Of a DNA stretch of 64,000 nucleotides, positions 58,077 through 64,000 are shown in pieces. The notes beneath the pieces are model-generated. The model searched no databases. It was not told where the DNA came from and saw nothing but the letters and a program-made list of their open reading frames with translations. The stretch is from Gemmatimonadota bacterium (GTDB lineage Bacteria > JAAXHH01). The position numbers and the translations under genes were made by a program. The stretch is taken from the NCBI GenBank assembly GCA_026705925.1, contig JAPOZT010000008.1:68217-132216 (forward strand). Direction: 5' to 3'. Each line of letters starts with the position of its first letter. Position 1 is the stretch's first letter.

Positions 58077-60260
58077 CTATTCCATCAGGACACTCCTGAA
58101 CCGGGCAATCGTATCCTCGTCCAGGTCTTCGATCCGCACTTCGCCGGAACCGAGCTCCGCGAGAAGATCATTCAGATGCCTGTCGCGGTTCCTGAGGCGG
58201 TTGGCATCGGCCGTGGTCATTTCCCGGTGGATGAGCCGCAGGCGCTCCCGCTGCTCCGAAGTCGGATAGGTAAACCGCAACTCGAAACGCCGCGCTCTCA
58301 GTTTCTCATATTCTGCTTTCAACTGGGCCATGGACTCGCCGAAACCAAGCACGCGGACCCACGCCTTACTTCGCGTTAACGCCGTAAACAGGCAGTTGCG
58401 TACGTTCGCCAGATTACGAACCGCCGAGTGACAGTCCTGGGCATTGATGATATAGACCATGCCGGCTTCGTTGCCCTTGGCGCGGTGAATCCCGGTCAGG
58501 GTCACCGATGCTCTGCCCGGTCGGAAGAAGGTATTCGGATCGGTGTCGACTCCGGCGAGATGGGATCTGATGCCCAGTTCCTTCAAACGACTGCGTATCG
58601 GTTCGACCTTCTCCCGAGTCGCACGAGGATCGGGGTTGATGACCATGATGTCGTCGTGGCGCAGTTCGTCCTTCAGGAAGTTCTCGGCAATGGCCTCCGC
58701 CAGCCAGTCCGCCTGTTCATCTTGGTTTCTGAAGGTGATAAAACGAATCAAGTCGTCGAGGTTGGAATGGTCTTCCAGAAATCCCGGACTCGTATCTTCC
58801 GTACGGTCAAGCGTAACGTCCGAACCGTCGCGCAGTGCCCCTTCCCGCACGCTGTAACCGATGTCTTCCCATAAATGAGCCCGGTCGAACATCTGGACCA
58901 GACCGGTTTCCATCGCAGGGGGCGGTTTCCGGTATATCCCGAGTCCAAGGGCAAACGCCGTGGCCAGCACCGGTTTCGAGTTGCGGTAACATTTCGACAG
59001 CATGATATCACGCTGCGGTGCGAGATCACCGGTGTCGTCAAACCTCACTTTGGGCGATCCATCCTTGTGCTTCCCGAAAATTTCTTCGGGAGAAGGCAGG
59101 GAACTGCCGCGAAGATTCTGCAGTTCGTCATAGGCGTACACCAGTCTCTTGGGTTGTTTGAGCAGTTTGTAGCAGAGCCTCAGAAATACGGGCGGTAAAT
59201 CCTGCGCCTCGTCGACAAGTATCGCGTCGTAGACCGGTTCTCGATTACGTGCATTAGCAAGGGCGTATTCGCACGCCCCCTTGAACTCCCCACCCGGTCC
59301 GAATCTGTTGCGCGCCTTTCCATAGTCAAAAAACGCCATTCCGTACAGGCGGCAGAACTCGGCATAGATGCCCCTGCGATCCTTGCCCTGCCAGGCACCC
59401 CAGGCGTTGACGACACGCAGCTTGTTCCAATCAGGCTCATCGCCGGTTTGTTCGATGAAGAAGTTGTTGATAAGGCGACGAAAATGATCCTTTAAGGAAC
59501 GTGAATTGAACGTGACCGCGATGCGCCATTCGGGATGATACGCATGGAAATAGGCGGCCTTCAGCGCCAGCACGATGGTTTTGCCCGAACCCGCCAGACC
59601 GCGAATACGTTGTATGCCTTCGACCGTTTCCATGACGGCGCGATGCTGCATGTTGTCCAGTGTCGCGATCGATTCCTCGAGTTTGACCAGCTTTGCGCCT
59701 CGCGAATCCTCCTCCGCAACACGCCGGTTGTATCCCCTTTTTCGCATCGTGGTGATGTGCTCGATCGCCGACAGCACCTTCGCGCACATATCCTGGTCAT
59801 GCGGACGCGACCAGGTGAACCGGTTCAGTTCCTGTATGAGCGAGGAGGCGCTCGCGAGCGGGTAGTCCCCTGAACGAGATGAATCACGATTTGAAACACG
59901 ACATGTATCCGGATTGGTCAGTGCGGGGGCGAATGAGATCGTATGGATGGGAACCATGAGATCCCGCCGACGCATCAGTCCCTGGTGTACCTTGAGCCGG
60001 GCTTCGAGCTTGTTGGCCGAATCATCCTGCCGCGCCCCGTAGTCACCCGTTTCGTGACCCTCTATGAGATCGAAAACGACCACGCCCATGTCAGCCGAAA
60101 CCAGCAGGGCGTCAATCATCTGGAGTCCTTCGGACGTACTGAAAATCGGATAGCCGATGAACAAGCACCCCGACCATGCGGATTGCTGGGAAACGATCTC
60201 CACCAGGGCATCGCTTGACGCAGGCTTCTGGCTGGCACCTCGAACGATATCGATACTCAT
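58077..60260 (-). CDS. NERD-domain plus SF1 (UvrD/Rep-like) helicase, Nhi-like architecture
   Basis: N-terminal NERD-like region (IDALLVSADMGVVVFDLIEG). Walker A GLAGSGKT. Motif II ILVDEAQDL. Motif VI LTGIHRAKGNEAGMVYI. C-terminal LFTALTRSKAWVRVLG. Start taken at MSIDIV because the upstream 33 codons are translated from a direct repeat. Confidence 0.75.
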   Translation of the reverse strand: MSIDIVRGASQKPASSDALVEIVSQQSAWSGCLFIGYPIFSTSEGLQMIDALLVSADMGVVVFDLIEGHETGDYGARQDDSANKLEARLKVHQGLMRRRDLMVPIHTISFAPALTNPDTCRVSNRDSSRSGDYPLASASSLIQELNRFTWSRPHDQDMCAKVLSAIEHITTMRKRGYNRRVAEEDSRGAKLVKLEESIATLDNMQHRAVMETVEGIQRIRGLAGSGKTIVLALKAAYFHAYHPEWRIAVTFNSRSLKDHFRRLINNFFIEQTGDEPDWNKLRVVNAWGAWQGKDRRGIYAEFCRLYGMAFFDYGKARNRFGPGGEFKGACEYALANARNREPVYDAILVDEAQDLPPVFLRLCYKLLKQPKRLVYAYDELQNLRGSSLPSPEEIFGKHKDGSPKVRFDDTGDLAPQRDIMLSKCYRNSKPVLATAFALGLGIYRKPPPAMETGLVQMFDRAHLWEDIGYSVREGALRDGSDVTLDRTEDTSPGFLEDHSNLDDLIRFITFRNQDEQADWLAEAIAENFLKDELRHDDIMVINPDPRATREKVEPIRSRLKELGIRSHLAGVDTDPNTFFRPGRASVTLTGIHRAKGNEAGMVYIINAQDCHSAVRNLANVRNCLFTALTRSKAWVRVLGFGESMAQLKAEYEKLRARRFELRFTYPTSEQRERLRLIHREMTTADANRLRNRDRHLNDLLAELGSGEVRIEDLDEDTIARFRSVLME

Positions 60261-60297
60261 GACGATTCCTTCCGGCAGGTCGCTTTCACCATCGCGC

Positions 60298-60367
60298 CAC
60301 GCACTCGCCAAGCATGCGCCACGTACACGCCACGCACACGTCACGCACTCGCCAAGCATGCGCCACT
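60298..60367. repeat. 25-nt direct repeat x2 (CACGCACTCGCCAAGCATGCGCCAC) with 20-nt spacer, in a CACGC-rich tract
   Basis: Immediately upstream of the helicase start on the minus strand. Confidence 0.7.
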
Positions 60368-60662
60368 CACGCGCAACGCACGCGTTCTCAGCGATCCGAA
60401 AGCGACAGTTCTTACGCAGTCCGGTTGCAGCGAGGCTGCGGCCTGGCTGCGGTCTGGCTGGCTGTCCGTTCAGACTGCGTTTTTACGGCTGTATAATTGA
60501 TTAGTAGGGAGAAACGAGGGAGTCTCGTAAGGAAACTCAGATGGAGAGATGGCGCCAGGGAGCGTTGGATGCCTGGCTATAGTCCATGGAGAAACTGGAA
60601 AAGGCGGTGCAGGTGGGTTGGGTAAGGGAGGTTATGGCGTCTTCCAAGGACAACCAGAAGTC

Positions 60663-60755
60663 TTAGGTTTCTGGCAGAAAAGTCACCACGCCTTCGCAAG
60701 GCGCAGCCCACGTCGGTTTCGAAATGACATGGGTGTCCAGCAGGTACCCGTTCAT
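60663..60755 (-). pseudogene. VapC/PIN toxin remnant (N-terminal 30 codons then TAA)
   Basis: MNGYLLDTHVISKPTWAAPCEGVVTFLPET* matches the VapC opening (M.YLLDTNVISE..KP.P...V..WL). Its ATG overlaps the antitoxin TGA as ATGA. No PIN core follows in any frame. Confidence 0.5.
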
Positions 60756-61057
60756 GCTACATCGTCGTCAGCGAACGGCGTCTTGCGATTGGTGTTGCGG
60801 TCCGGAGTGGTCAGGTTGGTACCGCGCGGTATGTTGTTCAACAGCCATTGGCCGAGTGCTTTCCGCGGTGCTTCCTTTCGCTCTCGCCAGACACGTTCCG
60901 GAATGACGACGAACGCTCTGCGCGTTCCAATGCGTTGCGGGCCTTCTTCTTCCGACAGGCGTAGTATCTCGGACAGCCGCGCCTTGGCCTTGGATAACTT
61001 CCAGACTCGTGTAGGTTTGACTTCGTGCTGATTCAATGTGCCACCTTTTAAGTTCAA
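60752..61057 (-). CDS. Phd/YefM-type antitoxin-like protein
   Basis: VWKLSKAKARLSEILRLSEEEGPQRIGTRRAFVVIPERVW fits the Phd/YefM antitoxin pattern. ATGA-coupled to the downstream VapC remnant. Confidence 0.55.
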   Translation of the reverse strand: MNLKGGTLNQHEVKPTRVWKLSKAKARLSEILRLSEEEGPQRIGTRRAFVVIPERVWRERKEAPRKALGQWLLNNIPRGTNLTTPDRNTNRKTPFADDDVA

Positions 61058-61153
61058 TGATTGACCTTAAAGTTCTTCCATTACCGCAACCGTAACGTCC
61101 ACCACTGCAGTCGAATCCGGCCCTGGTGCGTCAATCATCGCCCGTTTCAACCG

Positions 61154-61489
61154 TTATTCTGCGTACATCTCGGCGATGATGCGGCGCAACTGTGCCGCGC
61201 TTTCGGCGGAAAGGCTGTCAACAAGTTGTCCCAGACGCTGCTTGCTGATGGTGCGTATCTGGTCAACGGCAATCTCGGCGTCCCGATCCGCGCACCGCAC
61301 TTGCAGACGCCCTCGCCAGCGTGGATGCAGGTTAGAGGTAATGGGACAGACGACCACAGTCTCGAGGTGCCGGTTCATTTCGTCGCGGCTGACAATCACC
61401 ACCGGCCTGACCTTGCGAATTTCAGCACCTTTGGTGGGATTCAAGTCAGCCATGTACACGGCATACCGCCGGGGAAACGGGGCCATCAA
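61154..61489 (-). CDS. mazF: type II toxin MazF/PemK family mRNA interferase
   Basis: YMADLNPTKGAEIRKVRPVVIVS...VVVCPITS...DQIRTISKQRL. Confidence 0.8.
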   Translation of the reverse strand: MMAPFPRRYAVYMADLNPTKGAEIRKVRPVVIVSRDEMNRHLETVVVCPITSNLHPRWRGRLQVRCADRDAEIAVDQIRTISKQRLGQLVDSLSAESAAQLRRIIAEMYAE

Positions 61490-61749
61490 TCCAATCCATC
61501 GGCAATTGTGACGTCGAAGTCGCTCCAGTCCTCTGATTCTGCGGCCATGGCGCGGTAGGTCTCCTCCCAGGACAGGTTATGATTCACCTTGCCCCGCAAG
61601 ACGATGCTTTCCTCCATCTCTTCCAGCGTCACCCGGTCACTCCATCCATACTTGTCCAGCAGCGCTTTGGGAATGCGGATGCCTCTGGAATTCCCAATAG
61701 GAATCAACTTGATTTCCCTGATGCGAGACGATTTGTCCATACACTTCAC
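61486..61749 (-). CDS. mazE: MazE/AbrB-family (SpoVT_AbrB swapped-hairpin) antitoxin
   Basis: IPIGNSRGIRIPKALL. 4-nt overlap with mazF. Confidence 0.75.
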   Translation of the reverse strand: MKCMDKSSRIREIKLIPIGNSRGIRIPKALLDKYGWSDRVTLEEMEESIVLRGKVNHNLSWEETYRAMAAESEDWSDFDVTIADGLD

Positions 61750-61943
61750 CTCCGCTGAGGGCTTATTACGTAATTATAGTAATTACTTTTTATTCCTTTG
61801 TCAACGCCATACCGCCTGTCGCTCCTGCATACCTGTCGAGCCAGTGACCTGTTGATCTCCACCAAATGTGATTGGGACGCTTCATGCCATTCGTTGCCAA
61901 TGCTCTATACTCATTCGCTTCCTCGTTGAAATCCAGACCCGGC

Positions 61944-62627
61944 TCACACCGGCCACTTTTCCTTCCGAAACCCCATGTCCCAGAACATCCACTCGTACCG
62001 GCTGGTTGTGACGTAGTGCGCCAGCATGGCCTCGCGGTCTTCAGTCGGAAGTCCTCGCGCGACCCGTTTCGTGATCTCGAGGACGGCGACGACGCACTCG
62101 GCGAACTGCTCGCCGGCGTAGGTGTCGATCCACTGCTGATACATGGGGTCCGGCGAACCCTTCTCGGCCAGCGCCTTGCCCACCTCCCAGTAGATCCAGT
62201 AGCAGGGAAGCACCACGGCCACGACCTCGTGGAAAGGCCGTCCGTAGGCCACGGAAAGCAGGTAGCTGGTATAGGCCTGGCATACCGGCGCCTTGGGCGT
62301 AGTCCAGACCTTTTCCGACGACAGGCCGAAGACGTCGAAGAAGTTCTCCTGCATGGCTCGCTCTTCCACGAGACACCCCTTGGCATGCTCGTTGAAGAGG
62401 ATGATGGTGTCCTCGTCCGGTGCCTTCACCGCGGCGAGGCTCAGGGCCCGGGCGTAGTCCTTTAGATACAGCGCGTCCTGGACGGTGTAGAATTCGAAGG
62501 CCGAACGGTCGAGGTCGCCGGAGGTAAGCCCCTTGATGAAGGGATGTGCGAGGATCGCGTCGTATATTGTGGCCGTCTCCGACCACATGAGATCGGTTAT
62601 TGAGGTTTTCGAGGCGGCCTTGGACAT
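61944..62627 (-). CDS. tenA: TenA/thiaminase II family (heme-oxygenase-like fold) protein
   Basis: TenA_C family pattern (AHPFIKGLTSGDLDRSAFEFYTVQDALYL...LPCYWIYWEVG). Confidence 0.7.
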   Translation of the reverse strand: MSKAASKTSITDLMWSETATIYDAILAHPFIKGLTSGDLDRSAFEFYTVQDALYLKDYARALSLAAVKAPDEDTIILFNEHAKGCLVEERAMQENFFDVFGLSSEKVWTTPKAPVCQAYTSYLLSVAYGRPFHEVVAVVLPCYWIYWEVGKALAEKGSPDPMYQQWIDTYAGEQFAECVVAVLEITKRVARGLPTEDREAMLAHYVTTSRYEWMFWDMGFRKEKWPV

Positions 62628-63475
62628 CAGGACACTCCCGCCCGATCCACAGTCCCGACCCGCACCGCACCGTCCTTCCGCTGGTCGACCGCACGCACGT
62701 GTTCCACGTAGTCTTCCCGCCGAAAGTAAGCGCTGTCCAGGTTGTCCGTTTCGGACGTGACTGACACGGTGACCCAGTGAGTCGCGAAGCCGCGCCGCCA
62801 GCGGTCCGACGTGTTGCGGCGCGACGAGTGGAGCGTCTCCGAGTGGTGGAAGACCACGCCGCCCTTGCGCACCGGTGCGGAGGCTTCCATCGCCCAGTCG
62901 ATCAGGTCGTCCGGTGGCGCCAGGTTGTAGGGCTGGCCGGGGACCTCAACGTGGTCGATGATCCCCTTTTTGTGCGAACCGGAGATGTAACGGAGGCAGC
63001 CGTTCTCCTCGTCCACGTCGTCGAGGGCGATCCAGGCCGTGATGACGTGGCCGCCCGGCGTGCACCGGAAGTAAAAGTTGTCCTGGTGGTAGGGTTTCTC
63101 CGAGCCGAACCGTGGTGGTTTCATGAAGAGCTGGTCGCTCTTGAGCAGAGGTTCTTCACCGGTGAGCTGCCGGAGGATGTCCCGGAGCCGGCCATCCAGG
63201 GCGAAATCGCGGAACAACGGACTCCGCAGGTAGGGACTGTCGATCTTCCGAGGTGCAGTCTCGCCCGATTCGGAACGGTCCAGCAGATAGCCCTCCATGG
63301 ATTCCTCTACTTCCATGGAATCCGCCGTTTCCACGGCCAGTCGGGCCACCTCGTCGGCCTCTTCGGGCCGGTAGACACCTTCGACGACCAGCCATCCCCG
63401 CTCCTGGAACAACTGAACCTGTTCTTCGCTGATCATTCCGGCTTCCTTCCCGGATGGCGCGGGCCGGCCACTCAT
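62627..63475 (-). CDS. PhyH-family Fe(II)/2OG dioxygenase
   Basis: YHQDNFYF...LRYISGSH. Probable start at MISEEQ (63436). Overlaps tenA by 1 nt. Confidence 0.8.
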   Translation of the reverse strand: MSGRPAPSGKEAGMISEEQVQLFQERGWLVVEGVYRPEEADEVARLAVETADSMEVEESMEGYLLDRSESGETAPRKIDSPYLRSPLFRDFALDGRLRDILRQLTGEEPLLKSDQLFMKPPRFGSEKPYHQDNFYFRCTPGGHVITAWIALDDVDEENGCLRYISGSHKKGIIDHVEVPGQPYNLAPPDDLIDWAMEASAPVRKGGVVFHHSETLHSSRRNTSDRWRRGFATHWVTVSVTSETDNLDSAYFRREDYVEHVRAVDQRKDGAVRVGTVDRAGVS

Positions 63476-64000
63476 TCGCTCCGCAGTGCGTCCACGTTGT
63501 CCTTCAGGACGCGCAATCCGTAACCCAACGGGCTACCGACGTTGATGTACCGGTAGCCCCAGTCGATTTTCTGCCGGATGTCCTGGAGGTCGTCCAGCGT
63601 CGTCCCCGCCATGATTCCCGTGCCCTCGAGCCGCCGGGGAAATTCCCGGATGGCCGTCTGCACCTCGGCCGACTCGGTCTCCGTGATCATCCCCATGGTG
63701 GCGGACAGATCCGTGGGTCCCATGAAGAGGATGTCGATCCCTTCCACCTGCTTGATTTCGTCCAGGTTGTCGAGGGCTTCGACGCTTTCGATCTGCAGGA
63801 CGGTGACGGTTTCCGCGTTGGCCGTTTTGACCACGTGGTTGAATTCCAACCCGGCCATCATGGCCCAGTACGGGGATACGCCGCGCTGGCCCTCCGGCGC
63901 ATAGCGGGCAAACTGCATCGCCCGTTCCGCCTCCGCGGCCGTATTGACCTGGGGGATCATGACGGCGACGGCGCCGATGTCATAGGCCTTCTTGATCAGC
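63472..64000 (-). CDS. HpcH/HpaI aldolase/citrate lyase beta-like family, C-terminal part (N-terminus beyond window end)
   Basis: ...KKAYDIGAVAVMIPQVNTAAEAERAMQFARYAPEGQRGV...FMGPTDL pattern. The frame is open to position 64000. Confidence 0.7.
   Translation of the reverse strand, partial: LIKKAYDIGAVAVMIPQVNTAAEAERAMQFARYAPEGQRGVSPYWAMMAGLEFNHVVKTANAETVTVLQIESVEALDNLDEIKQVEGIDILFMGPTDLSATMGMITETESAEVQTAIREFPRRLEGTGIMAGTTLDDLQDIRQKIDWGYRYINVGSPLGYGLRVLKDNVDALRSE

Noticed and set aside
60261-60359. Helicase N-terminus MLGECVTCAWRVRGACLASAW as a zinc-binding extension
   Set aside because: These residues are translated from the 25-nt direct repeat. The NERD domain starts cleanly at the downstream MSIDIV.
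60549-61031. 160-aa plus-strand ORF antisense to the Phd-like antitoxin
   Set aside because: No homology, low-complexity Gly/Arg composition. It is fully antisense to an ORF with a recognisable antitoxin motif and ATGA coupling.
1-64000. tRNA, rRNA, transposase, integrase or phage structural genes
   Set aside because: No tRNA-like or rRNA-like sequence was recognised by eye in intergenic regions. No DDE/tyrosine recombinase or capsid/terminase motifs in any translated ORF. The island at 56.8-61.8 kb is inferred from GC and content only.

Overview
This is a 64 kb window with high GC (about 65%) that appears to be almost entirely protein-coding. No rRNA, tRNA, CRISPR array, transposase or integrase could be recognised by eye. 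Most named genes come from domain motifs read directly off the ORF translations. About 58 genes are called. They include housekeeping genes (thiE 3' end, miaA, korAB 2-oxoacid:ferredoxin oxidoreductase, a PII-like DarA c-di-AMP receptor, a MurT-like Mur ligase). There is a sugar-acid and carbohydrate catabolism block (Gfo/Idh/MocA, DHDPS-like aldolase, sugar-phosphate isomerase, AKR, enolase-superfamily dehydratase, a ThuA::Gfo/Idh/MocA fusion). There is an arsR-arsC-acr3 arsenic operon and an MdtABC-like RND efflux locus (adaptor plus two permeases, no outer-membrane factor). A glycan-degradation neighbourhood holds a DUF4838 GH-like protein, a five-bladed-propeller GH, a BNR sialidase-like protein, a CPT-like kinase and a cytoplasmic sulfatase. 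Seven paralogous PhyH-family Fe(II)/2OG dioxygenases are scattered through the window. A secreted HEXXH metalloprotease carries a T9SS C-terminal sorting domain, which together with the GC content suggests a high-GC member of the FCB group (Gemmatimonadota- or Rhodothermota-like); that placement is inference only. Two regions stand out. At 53.5-55.0 kb an ECF sigma factor is translationally coupled to an anti-sigma-like protein fused to a complete Ogt/MGMT domain and an Ada-type Zn methyl-acceptor domain. This looks like an alkylation-sensing sigma/anti-sigma switch. At 56.8-61.8 kb there is a lower-GC island with an AlbA_2/HATPase_c_4/wHTH protein, a NERD-SF1(UvrD-like) helicase, a Phd/YefM antitoxin coupled to a decayed VapC, and mazEF. 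This may be a two-gene defence module flanked by TA loci. Other oddities: a sulfatase with an in-frame TGA at a conserved Trp position; a metalloprotease whose signal peptide is encoded upstream of any ATG/GTG/TTG start; and perfect short tandem repeats (period 7-18 nt) in several intergenic regions between convergent genes.
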